Below, piece by piece: positions 52,401 to 64,000 of a stretch of 64,000 nucleotides of DNA. Each line of letters starts with the position of its first letter. Within the stretch, counting starts at the first letter, position 1. The stretch lies in NCBI GenBank assembly GCA_016748015.1, contig JAAOMT010000512.1:1498893-1562892 (forward strand). Direction: 5' to 3'. The DNA comes from Geosiphon pyriformis uo1. Lineage: Eukaryota; Fungi; Glomeromycota. The position numbers and the translations under genes were made by a program. The notes beneath the pieces were generated by a model that was not told the origin of the DNA, did not search any database, and worked only from the letters and a program-made list of their open reading frames with translations.

Positions 52401-55400
52401 TTAAACATGTTTAAGGATATAAAGAATAATAGTAATTTGGATATGATATGGATGATGCTGAAAGATATTATGATACAGACTACTGACATAATGTTTTTTA
52501 GATATTGGTATAGTAAATATAATTGTTCAAAAAACAAACAATCTTTGAAATTTTTTAAATTAGAGCTGCTTGTTACAAGAATTGTGAAGATTTAGAATTT
52601 TGAGGATCTTCTGGATTTTGATCATCTTATTAAGGTTTAGTTGGACATTGATAAAGTTGAGATATCTAAGATTGCTAACATAGTTCAAATTGATGCGAGC
52701 TCAATGGATCTGGTTAGACATTTGTTAATGATTAAAAAAAAGTATTGGAAATCTAAGTATCTTAAGTCGAAGGCATCTAAAAACATAATCATTAAGAAGA
52801 CAATTGACTAATATATGAAAAACTTCTGTTTTGACAAAGAGTGAATGATTAAAAGTATTTTTGAATGTTCATTTTACAAAGTTGTTTTAATTTATTTGGT
52901 GGTTGAGTCTAATGAAGTAAAACTTAAGGTGAATGAAATTATGAAAGAGTGAACAAAAAAGCAGACAATATATCTAAGAATGTCTAATTTTTGGTCTTAT
53001 CAATATATGCCTCTAAATTATGTTAATAATAATGTTTTTTCTGGTGTGATTAAGGAGATTGATATAAAAGAACTGTTTTTAGTTGTTAATAATTTGCCAA
53101 ATGATAAGACTGCCAAATTGTTAGGAATATCTAATGAACTTTGGAAACACTGTAGTAATAAGATGTCAGCTTATCTTTTAAAGCTGTTGAATTTATGCTT
53201 GTCTTTGGGTGCAGTTCCAATTCCTTAAAAGAGGGCTTGAGTTTTGATAATCCCAAAATCTTATAAATGAAATGGTGTCTTGATTAATACTAAGCCTATT
53301 GTATTAATTAAGACTGCTTGAAAAATCTTGTCTAAGATCTTTTTTGATCAGATATTGTCAACATACAGCAAATTTGATGTTCTTTATGATGATAATTTTT
53401 CAGTATTAAAGAGTATCTCGACTTAGTTTCCTATTTTTGCCATTGGTTTAGTTGTTGAAAACACTCTGGAAAAAAATAAAGAACTTTAGTCGGTGTTGTA
53501 GAGCATGTACAAAGCTTATGATTTAGTAGACTGGCATTATTTAAAAGCTAGTTTGCTTTACATTAAAATGTGCAGTTGGTTTATCAAGTTTTTTGGCAGT
53601 ATTCATGAAGATTGAATCAACAGAGTGATAACAAATTTTGGACTCTCAAATAATTATTGGGTCTATAATAGTTTGGATCAAAGTGAGGTTTTCTCCCCAC
53701 TTTTTTGGCAGATATTCTATGATTCACTTTTGTGTAAAGTTAAGGAACATAAACACTTATGCAGTTATTATATTGATACAAAGTTTGTAGCAAAAACTGG
53801 CAGAGTTAAGACTATTAGAGGGAAAAACTTTTTTTTGGCTGCTGGTGCTTTTGTTGATGACACTATTTGGGTTAAAAGCTATCAGACTTCTATACAGTAC
53901 ATTTTAAATATTGCCAGTGAGTTCTTTGTTATCAATAATATTTTCATTAATAATAATAAGACAGTGGCTATTCTGATCAATTAGGGTGTTAAAACTACCT
54001 TACTTTTGATTAATGATTTACCAATTTTAATTGCTAAATGAGATAAATTACATAAATACTTGGGCATCTTCTTGTCTACAGAGAATCTTTTTAAACCTAA
54101 TTTGGCCCAGGCTTATGCAAATGTCAGATTTTTCTCAAATGTAGTACTTAAAAAGGCTATTACAGATAAACAATTTCTTTACTTGGTCTCAGCTGTTCTC
54201 CAATCCATAATTAGCTATTGGACACAGTTTAGTTTTGTTTTGTTAGGCATATATCACAAGTGAGATGTTATAATTAAAAAAAATCTTAGATCTAAGACTG
54301 GTTTGCCACATAATTTTTCTAATAAGACTTTGCATCACTCTTTTTTGTATGATTTGAAACCTTTCGAACAAGTACAATTTAAAAAGAAGTTAACTTTACT
54401 GGTTTTTTTTTCCAATGCCTATGGCATTCTTAGACATTTATTTAAACATAAATTTTTGGATTTACAAGTTCTGGAATGGTTTTTTTTGAATCATTTACAG
54501 CATTTTGTCAAATTATGAATTAGTCCAGTGAATAATTTTTTGGCTGGTGTGATGAAAATTGTTTTGTAGAATGAGCTGTTTTTAATAAATAATTTGCCCA
54601 GTGCTTTTTGTGGATCTAGTAGATTTCCAATGTCTAGCATTCTAAGACATTCTTTGTATTATAATTTTGTTCTTTGAAGCAATTTAATATTGCTTTTAGT
54701 GATAGACTTCTGGACAAAAAGAGGAAGATAATAAACTAAAAAATGTTTCAGCAGTGGAAAAAGTTCCCTATATCTTACTGATTCATTTTGGCAGCTAAGT
54801 TTATGAGCAAACAAGTTTTCTTGGAGATCAAGTCCACTAATTTTTCTGGGCTGTTAATGCTAAGTGTCTTGGATTTTGAGACATTTTTTGATGTTCATAA
54901 TAGTCTAATAAAGGTTTGGTCTAATAGTATTGAAGTTTACACAGATGAGTTCTTGAAGAGTGCTAGTTCTGCTAAGATTGCAAGTGGTATGGCTGCTTAT
55001 TTCTCAGCTATTGACATAGATATTGAAGTTAAGGTGTATGGGCTTCTGTTTTCCACTTTGGCTGAATTACAAGCTATTGTTTTGGCCTTAATATGTATTC
55101 TGTCTTCTTGTGCTGTGGTTTTGTATTTAAACAGTCAATTTGCTATTGATGTTTATGTGTCAGAAACTTTATTTGCTATGCCTAGCATCCACAATTAATG
55201 CTAGATTGAAAAATTGCATATTGTTAATCTTATCAAGAATAAAAACATTTTGGTTAAATGGATAAAGATTAAAGGACATTTGAAAATTTCAGGCAATGTT
55301 AAGACTAATGAGCTGGTAGAAAAAGCTGTTTTCTTCTTACTTTCTTTACCAGTTGAGATTTGAAAACAATTTTTGGTTGCTAAAAATACTGCTATGTTTA

Positions 55401-57348
55401 GTAATACTTATCATTTTGTTTGTAATCTGTATTGGTTAGTTTGTTATACTTATTAAGAGACTGGTTCTGGTTATAATATTGTCTCAAGTGCCATAATTAA
55501 AGAGATAGATTGGGCTACTACTGCTAAATTATAACATTCTGATTTACACATGCTCTTTGGATTTATTAGCAGAAACTCAGCCAACATACACACTTATTTG
55601 ATAAAAGCAGTACATAAACAGTTGTTAGTAGCAGTTAAAAAAAAATTGTATAACAAAAATTATCTTGGAGTGCTGTGCTTGCTGTGTGGTGAAATAGAGT
55701 TGTCTGATTATGTTTTTGCTTGCTCTGGTAATATTGAACTCCATAAAAACATTTTGGCTGAAGCTGCTAAAAAATGAGTGTTATTGACAAATTTTTCTTG
55801 CTCATTTACATTGGCCATTTTGCATTTACTTTTATTGTGTTCTTCGAATATGAGTCTATATATTGCTATATGCAAGAGTTTTGTGTTGAAAGATTGGTAT
55901 GCTGAGGCTACTATGGTCTTTGAGAGGAAGAAAAAGGGTGCTTTGGCTATTGTTGATTATGTTAGATTTGTGGTCAAATTGTTTCATACTAAGATATAAC
56001 TTATTAGGTTCAGATATAAAGCAGATATAAAGAAAGCTGGTTTGATTAAGAATGGTAATGTAATTTTAGACTTGTTTCAATGTTTGGTATCTATGTTGTT
56101 AAATAAAGTGGTTCATATGCTTGGTGTTTTGGAATTTTTTACTGTTAATTTTGGTAGATACAAATTGTGTTATTTCTTTTCTGGTTTAGGTGGTGATATT
56201 ATTATTAATATAAGTATATAGTATTGTCTTGTCTGATTTGAGTGGCTGGTTACATATAGTAAATGTGTAAGCTGCACTTAGTGTGTTCTACTTAGTTTGG
56301 TTTTATGTACTAAATAGTAGTTGGATTTTACTTATAAATTACATAATAATAAAAAAATAGCATTATCTTCTTGAAACTATCTATTGTTTTTAAGAAACAT
56401 ATATTGTAAAGTTGATAAGACATAATAGTTAAGAATTTTAATATGTTTAGTACTATTTATTATTTGATATAATGGTATAATTAGTCCAATGTTTTGTTGT
56501 AAAAAACAAGTCCAATATATTTGACTTGGACTATGTTTAACTGTTGTTGATACACAAGACAATTGTTATTCTTCAAATAGTTTACACAATATTTTACTAG
56601 ACTAATTGTGTTAAAATTGAAAAAAAGTTGATTTGTTACTCCATAATACTCTTGCCTATTTTTAATTTGTTCAATTTTGATGTTTAATATACTTAACAAA
56701 ACATGCTACTATATTTATTAATGAGATTAAAGGTTTTTTTTTGCATAATAATTTATAATTCAATTGATTTAAAAGCATGCTGAAGAGTTTTAAGAAAAAT
56801 AGTTTGCTTTGTTTTTTGTTTTCAAAAAGTTTGTATATTTGCAATATATAAATAACAATTTTTTTTATTAAGTATTATTAAACATTTAAGTTGGCAATAT
56901 TTTTGGTGAGTAAATAAATGTGGACATCCTAAATGAGGTCTTGAATTAATTAAACCAGTTTCTTTAAATCATTTTATTGTATCCAAAACTGTTGTCAAGT
57001 TGTAATTAACTATGTTAGCAATATTACGATATTTTTTGTTATGCTATTATAATAAGTATATAGTATTATGTTAAATAATTATTAATTTTTTTTTTGCTTT
57101 TATTTTGTTTTAATAAAAACAAAAAAATCTTATATACATATTACATTTCATTTTTATAAAAAATTGAATATAAATAAAATTGATTATGTGCATTATAAAA
57201 AACATTATATACACATATTTAAAAAATAAAAAATGCATAATTAAATAATTAATTAACTTAATTTAGTAATAAATTTGTACTTTTCTAATTATTCAAGCAT
57301 GTAAAATATTATTTCAAAGTTTGTTCAAAAACTTTTAGATACTCTTTA
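49446..57348 (-). mobile_element. Tc1-family DNA transposon (DD34E), ~1.37 kb without its insert, split by LINE D
   Basis: TA-flanked TIRs CAAAGAGTGTTCAAAAGTTTTCAAACA (49446) and the inverse of TAAAGAGTATCTAAAAGTTTTTGAACA (57348). Minus-strand transposase: FKETG, KKPLIS, TVKHSPSQIYW, FQEDNA, then across the LINE WSS*NSDLNSIENLW and LVDSM; 34 residues between second D and E. Confidence 0.88.
49829..56351 (+). mobile_element. LINE D, full length with ~11-bp TSD
   Basis: ORF1 ~49992-51837; ORF2 51834-~56221 (LDQSEVFSPL, AFVDD, VYTDEFL, STLAELQAI, CLLCGEIE); TSD AAAAGATAGCA (49818-49828) / AAAAAATAGCA (56352-56362). Confidence 0.93.
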
Positions 57349-58860
57349 TAACTCATTAAATATTTTATTTAGATGAATTTAACTATAACATATAATAGCA
57401 TAAAAAAGCAAATTATTAAAATATTAATGTTTTTTCTAGATTTAATATCCAGTAATAGTACAATTTTCACAAACCAAAACAATCTAATTAATAATAACTC
57501 CCTTTTAAAAACATAATAATAAACTTAACAACTATTTTGTCTTAATAAAATTTTTAGATAAAAAACAATATTCACTAGACTATACTTAATAACAAAGAAA
57601 ATATTGCAAAAACAATTAAATTTTTATTTAATTCATTAAAACCAATTATACAAAAGAAATAAAAAAGATCTTGATCACTTTTAAAGAGTTATCAGATTTA
57701 ATAAAAAAAATTGTGATTTATAATATGCATACTAATTCATTAGCTAAACACTTTAAAAAAACAAAAACAATTCAGAAAACACTTGTTTATTATTATTGAT
57801 CTATTTTGAGAAAAAACATTGTTGATTATATTAAAATCTATAATATCTGCTAAAAAAAAAAACCCCCCAATTGCAAAAAAATTCATTCAATTTTTGTTGG
57901 TTAACTATTTAACAAAATTAATATAGATATTGTTGAACTAATAATTCTTAATAGCAATAAATATATTATTATAGCTATTAACTATTTTATAAAGTAAATA
58001 AAAACAAAAGCTATTCCAAATTAAACAACAGTTTTCATAGCCAATTTTATATATAAAAATATTATTTGTTATTATGGCTGTTTAAAAAAATTTTTATTTG
58101 ATAGAGAAAAAGTTTTTTTTAGTATATTGGTTAAAGAATTTTGTAAAAAAATAGGAATATATTATAAACTTTCTTCCTTTTATTACTCTCAAACAAATGA
58201 CTTAATAGAATGTTTTAATAGAACATTATGTAAAATTTTAGCCAAAACAAGTGAAAAAACAAACTTATAGGACAAAGTACTGCCTTCAGCTTTGTTTGCT
58301 TATAGAACTGTGAATTATGACATAACAAGTTATGAACCTTTTTATTTGCTCTATGAATGAATGGCAACACTACCAATAGAAACTGATATTAAAACAATAC
58401 CTTTTGAAGAGATCACAATAAGAAATTACAAAAACATTTTGCAAAGGAGACTTGGTACCATTCTTGACTCACTTGTAGAAGCACGAATAATTGCTTTTGA
58501 AAAGATAAAACAGTTCCAAGAAAAGCTTAAAAAGAAAAAAACTTATAAAACACTTTCTTTAAGTATTGGTGACTTGATATTAGAATACCATTCAGACAAA
58601 GACAATGTCTATGGTAATAAATTCTCTAGCTGGTGAAAAAGACCCTTTATAGTCAACAAAGTTTTGAACAATGATTCTTATATTCTTCAAGATCAATCTG
58701 AAACAATCTTTAATAATTGACCTGTTTACAGCATGTGACTTAAGAAATATCACAAATGACCTGATTGGTTGCCTGTTGTGGTAATACCGACTCAAATGAT
58801 TAACAAAAATCAAGTATAAATAAATACATCATTTCCAAAACAGAGGTATCTTCAATCGAC

Positions 58861-59516
58861 ATAAACAATTATTTTCTGGATCAAAACATTCAAAATGCCT
58901 TCTATACTCTCCATAAGTATTGGATTAAAAACTATCCAAATGCTACTTTGACCATTAGAAAATAGACCACTATAACTAATAACAGTGGAACACATACTGT
59001 TATTAGACCAAGGAAAACAACTACCAGAAGAGAAAGAATTGGTAGCAAAATGGATAAATATTTGCTAGAAAGTATAACAGCAGCAATACTTGTACCTTCC
59101 ACTATACTTGGAAAAACAATTAAAGAAATCTTACCCATTGACAAAAACTTGTCATATGGAAGACAACTAGAGCTCTATAGTCGCCTTGGTGAAATCATAG
59201 ATGACATAAAGCTCATGAAAAAAACAACTTCAGAGATACAGGTAGAAATTTTGGGCATTATACAATTAAATGTTTCAAGAGTTTAATTATTGCTAGAAAA
59301 GCCAAAACTCTAATACAAAGATTTGGTCTCTTGAATACAAAACTCATTTTGCCTCAAGTATTATACACCTTATCTACAAAAAACTTCAATAAATTAGTTA
59401 GCTTTGAGTTAGATAAAACTCTTCAAATAGATTACACTATAAATAGCTTGATTTTACCAAAGCTCAATCTCTTTGGAGAGGATGATATTATAGTTGAGAC
59501 CTATACTTCTTATTAA
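58861..59516 (+). pseudogene. Family 2 ORF3, best-preserved copy
   Basis: ORFs 59050-59286 and 59331-59516 joined by one frameshift; start ATG decayed to ATA. Confidence 0.8.
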
Positions 59517-60115
59517 TTATCACATGTATTAGTCATTGATGTTATATAATTAGCCACACTATTTTTAGAAAGTAATCATTGACCACTTTTGACAGCTATA
59601 TAAGTGATGAATTTCTTAGCTATAGAAAAGTATGTAATAACAAGCATCTAAATAATCAAGAATAAATAAAATAACAACTTTCATCTCAATCCTTCTCTTA
59701 TTGCTAATTTCCCTTTTCCTACCTTCAAGTATCTGAACATTTTAAAGATAAAAGATTACTTGTTGGCTTTTTCCTGATGTATATAATTGTAGTATTTAAA
59801 GATTATTTGAATAAATGTGACTGAAAAGCACAAGTTGATATCTGATATTAAATTCTAAGAGTGCTGACATAAGACATAGAATTATACCAGTGGTGATCAA
59901 TTGTTAACAGTATGGACTATTTCTCTACCTTCAGATTCCCCAGTTATCTTTGAAAAGAATAGCGACTGAGATATTTTATAAGACTGATCTTACACATTGA
60001 ATCCATACTCATTCAATTCACTCTTTAAAGTTGAATTCCCCTTTTGATTATTTCCATCACTCTACAATCCTGTTCTCCCTTGCTATCCATTAGCTTGTTA
60101 CTCCAACCCATAACA
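59486..60115 (+). repeat. 3' LTR of Gypsy-2b (630 bp)
   Basis: TATTATAG...CCATAACA; 5' and 3' portions align with 44245-44975, with a single 12-mer unit. Confidence 0.88.
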
Positions 60116-61933
60116 CTATCACAGAGAGAACTGGATAGAAGAGAACATCCAGTTACATATACCAGCCAAGATTTAACTTTAGCTGAAAGAAATTATGGAA
60201 CACCAGAATTAGAACATTTAGCAATTTATTGGACAGTCATGAAATGGAGTAAATACTTGAGCCAGAAGTTTGATGTATACACAAACTACAAAGGATTAAC
60301 AGCACTTCATAAACAGGAATTTGGAGATGGAAGACAATCCAGATGGAAAATAGCACTATCACTATATACTTACACTATACATTATAAAAAAGGAAAAGAC
60401 AATGGAAATGCCAACAGTTTGTTACGAATAAGACAAATCTAAAAACATCTCAACCCAAAAATATAACAAAACCAGAACAAACTCAACAAAAATATAACAA
60501 AAGATAAACATACAAAAATATCAACAACTACAACATTATATAAATACCCAATTGTTCAAGGAGAAATTATCTCAAAAAAAGCAAACCAACATAAAACAAC
60601 AATCAAAATATTTTATCAATCATCAAAATATACTTTACCAAAAGAACAAAAAAAATCCAGATCAACTGACCAGAGTAATTACAGAACCAGAGAAAGAGAC
60701 AATACTATTCAACATGCACTCAGATTTAACAGCAGGACATTTTTATAAAGAAGCGACTATAGAAAGAATTAGAAGAAGATATTATTGGCCATCAATATAT
60801 CCAGACATTATCTAATATGTTCAAAATTGTGATGCTTGTCAAAGAAGAGAAAGAACAAGACCCAGTGAATTATTAAGACCAATCAAAGTGGGACAACCAT
60901 TTGATTGCATTAGAATTGACTTAGTTGAACCACTAACAATCACCAGCAGAGGCAACAGATATATTGCAGTAACCATGAACTATCTCACAAAATGGCCAGA
61001 AGCAAAAGCCATTCAAAGAGCAGATGCAGAATCCATTGCCAAATTTGTTTATCAAGATTTGATTTGTCAACATAAAAAGAACTATTATCAGATCAAAAAA
61101 CTCACTTTGTAAACAGAACATTAGCAGAATTAAGTCAGAGATTTGGAATCAAAAGACCATTATTATCACCATACCATCCACAAACAAATGAGTTAGTTGA
61201 AAGGTTTAACAGAACATTGTGTGAAGCAATCGCCAAGATCAGTCAAGAAAATCAGAATGAATGAGATTTGTTTATACCATCAGTATTATTTGCTTATCAG
61301 ACAATGAAGCAAGACACTACACAAGCAACACCATTTGAATTAGTATATGATAGAACAGCAATATTACCAGTTGAGATGAAAGTCACCACTTATCCAACAA
61401 AACCAATAACTGAAGACAATTTTCAGAAAACGTTGCTAAAAAGAACATATGACTTAATGGAAACATTAGAAAATAAATGGCGAAGAGCAGCTGATAACAT
61501 TCAGAAAGCACAAGAAAAACAGAAAAAAAAACATAATAATCAACTACCAGACAAACCAGTTGAATTCAAGATTGGAGGCAAAGTACTGCTATATTATACC
61601 AAAGCAGAAAAACAATGGAGTGGAAAATTTGACCCCAAATGGGACGGACCATTTCACATAGAAGAAATTCTTGGAAACGGAGCTTATAAATTAAGATAGG
61701 ACAACAAAATCTTAATCAAAGCAGTACATAATAATTGACTGAAACCATATTATCAAATAACATCATCATCTACTAATAACATTCCACAATTAGGAGTACA
61801 ACAAATACTAGTTCAACCAGATGAGATTCCATAAAATCTGGAACCAATCATAATCATTGGACCAAAAATGTAAAATCAAACAATAAAAGAGTATATAAAG
61901 ACACAGTATACACAACAAAAACAACCAAGAAAA

Positions 61934-62569
61934 ATGGAAATACCAGATCATATTTACACTATAGCTCAACAATTATTCCAGGCCTTAAGTTAACAACTTT
62001 TAGACATGGAAATTATCATTAACAACCAAACAATTTGCTATCAAAACACCAAAAAAAAGACAAAGAATGTACTATATCAGCAGTTACCAAAGAATAATAA
62101 AAACTGGTCAGATAACATAATAGAAAAAATAAAGAACACTTTTGAGAAAATACTTATTATGACACCAACAGAAGAACTTACAAAAAAGAATTAGAAGCAA
62201 TAAACAGAAAAACTTCTAATATTATACTGTTACTACCAATTAAGATGAAAGTTGAATATTTAAGAGTTGTATATTGACAAATCCAAGAAGATATTTAACC
62301 AAAACATAATACAGCAAATTGAAGAATTTATTGGAAAAAAGACAAACTCAACACTACATGTGAGAACAATTTACCAACTACACAACATATTTCAAAACTA
62401 TTCAGAAATACTGTTATACTCTGATATAGAAACCATAACCATTAACCAATGGAGAAAAATGAACAATACACAAATAGAAGACATGAAAAACAGAGTCAAA
62501 TAAACAATACTTGAAAAAAAAGTATTAGAATTAATTCAAAACAAAGATTTTAACAAAACTCAATATTAA
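61934..62569 (+). pseudogene. Family 1 ORF3, best-preserved copy (211 codons)
   Basis: ATG 61934 in frame with ORFs 62006 and 62267; TAA 62569 next to the PPT; GTATATAAAG at 61891. Confidence 0.85.
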
Positions 62570-62582
62570 AAGGAAAAGATAA

Positions 62583-63408
62583 TATTACTCATAAAAAGAA
62601 AACAGATATAGAAAATAGCAGACCAATGAGAGAATAGTATTTAGCACATAAACACATTGCTCAACAATGTGGAGCAATGTCAGAAAACATGGCATATTGC
62701 TCAGCAATATAGAGTGATGTTAGAAAATTAGAGCACATCGCTCAGCAATGTGAGCATTGCTCAAAAAATCATAGCACATTACTCGGAAATGTGAGTGATC
62801 TCATAAAACATCAATTATGTATATATAGCAGTAGTGTTAGAAGTAGAAAAAAAAGGAATCTTTTAGTTAGAAATCTCCCATTCACAAATATTGAATAAAT
62901 AAATTATTTACCATCCAAATCCACTCTTCATTATCAACACTCCATGTTGATAGCAATTGATACTTAACTACACTGAAACAATAGCTCTTGATTATGGCTA
63001 TTAATGGATACTAACTTGCATATTGCCTTGGCTCATTTCTTTATGCCATTTCTTTTATTTTCTTGTCTTAATTATTGTTATTACTAACTCTATTGAGGAT
63101 TAATGCACGGAGTACTGACATCAGGATATAGCACTAGTAAAAGACCCAGAAATAAGAGTAGAACACTCAATTGAGATTAGCTTACCAGAAAAAATACTGG
63201 CCATCATGCTGAGAAAAAAATTGACGAAACTGTGGTTTTAAGAAGCTACAAATAAAACTATTACCACTGAATCTCTGTCCATTATACAAAAGATTCAACC
63301 AAAAACCTTTAGATAAACACACCTTCAGATTTCTATCATTAACAACAGCTTTGAGCACCAAGTTACAGATTGCTATTTACTTTAACAACCAAATAATCAT
63401 CTGTAACA
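62583..63408 (+). repeat. 3' LTR of Gypsy-1d (826 bp) with palindromic U3 repeats
   Basis: PPT AAAAGGAAAAGATAA; ends CTGTAACA; homologous to 8645-9465. Confidence 0.92.
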
Positions 63409-64000
63409 ATGGGCATCAGCAAATGTTGAAAAAGACAACACCTCTTTCACTACCAGGTTTGAAATGAAATTTAGAACTTCTATCTTAATATTCAAATGGT
63501 GTATGAAATTAGAAAGAAGAACTCAAGGCCCTGATGAGGTTGTGACAAAATATGCCAAAGCAATAAAAAAACTCATTAAATAGGTAGACTCTGGAAGAAA
63601 TTGAACAGAAGAGCAGAAAATACATTCCTTTACAAAAGGACTGAAAACTGATCTATTATATGCTTTTTGGCCTCTTCTGGCCTTGAAAAATAATCCTACA
63701 ATGGATATGGCCATTGAACTTGCCCAAAGAATAGAAGATAACCAAAGAATGCATCTGGGATCCACTCTTTCAGTTTTTGCTCCTGTATCTATTATGGCTT
63801 CTGCTTCACAAATGGTTGCTACCTCCTTTGCTGCCCAAACTTAAGATCCAAATAAACAATTAATAGATAGGCTTATAGCAAATCTTGTCTGGCTATTAGA
63901 ATTTTTGGTCCAAGCAGTTAGAGAGAATTAACAAACTCAAAGATCCAGATTTGAAACCCATTTCAATTAGCCTCAACAACCACCATATCAAAGACAGCAA
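63409..64000 (+). mobile_element. Gypsy family 2 copy c, gag fragment hosting Gypsy-1d; continues beyond the window
   Basis: Collinear with 38731-39320 (KYAKAIKKLI, ELAQRIEDNQ). Confidence 0.88.

Larger units (their letters stand above)
48371..60115 (+). mobile_element. Gypsy family 2 copy b (RT to 3' LTR), interrupted by Tc1 at 49446-57348
   Basis: 48371-49445 matches 41045-42118; 57351 resumes at the 42119 equivalent; ORF3 58861-59516; PPT GGAGAGGATGA; LTR 59486-60115 ends CCATAACA. Confidence 0.9.
60116..63408 (+). mobile_element. Gypsy family 1 copy d: RNase H, integrase, ORF3, 3' LTR (62583-63408), least decayed
   Basis: AERNYGTPELEHLAIYW; HSDLTAGHF...CDAC; YHPQTN; WDGPFHIEEILGNGAYKL; LTR ends GTAACA. 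Confidence 0.95.

Noticed and set aside
60044-60442. 132-aa ORF with hydrophobic N-terminus as a novel secreted protein
   Set aside because: Chance fusion of the Gypsy-2b LTR end with Gypsy-1d RNase H at 60115/60116.
61934-62569. ORF3 as env or chromodomain
   Set aside because: No signal peptide, TM helix or furin site, no chromodomain pattern, and it is a separate ORF after the pol stop.

Overview
AT-rich eukaryotic DNA, most likely fungal (short GT-AG introns, a BIM1/X325-like gene; the repeat proteins look Glomeromycotina/Mucoromycota-like, which is inference). About 90% of the window is decayed, deeply nested transposable elements: three families of Ty3/Gypsy LTR retrotransposons (8 copies or fragments), six RNase H-type non-LTR (LINE) copies or remnants, and one Tc1 (DD34E) DNA transposon. 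All are riddled with C>T/G>A changes and almost lack CpG. A CpG-retaining island of about 4 kb (19.3-23.4 kb) holds two convergent intact genes: a 6-exon 350-aa orphan with an N-myristoylation motif and an Arf-like layout but no GTP-binding motifs, and a 3-exon 191-aa secreted/GPI-anchored BIM1/X325-like copper protein that lacks the usual second His. Highlights: (1) all three Gypsy families carry a non-env third ORF between integrase and the 3' LTR, with a conserved TATA box upstream in two families; (2) family 1 carries a Cys-rich domain and a dUTPase between protease and RT; (3) nesting order shows younger inserts more mutated than older hosts, implying position-dependent hypermutation; (4) a conserved overlapping double hairpin in the LINE 3' UTRs. 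All coordinates and translations were read by eye.
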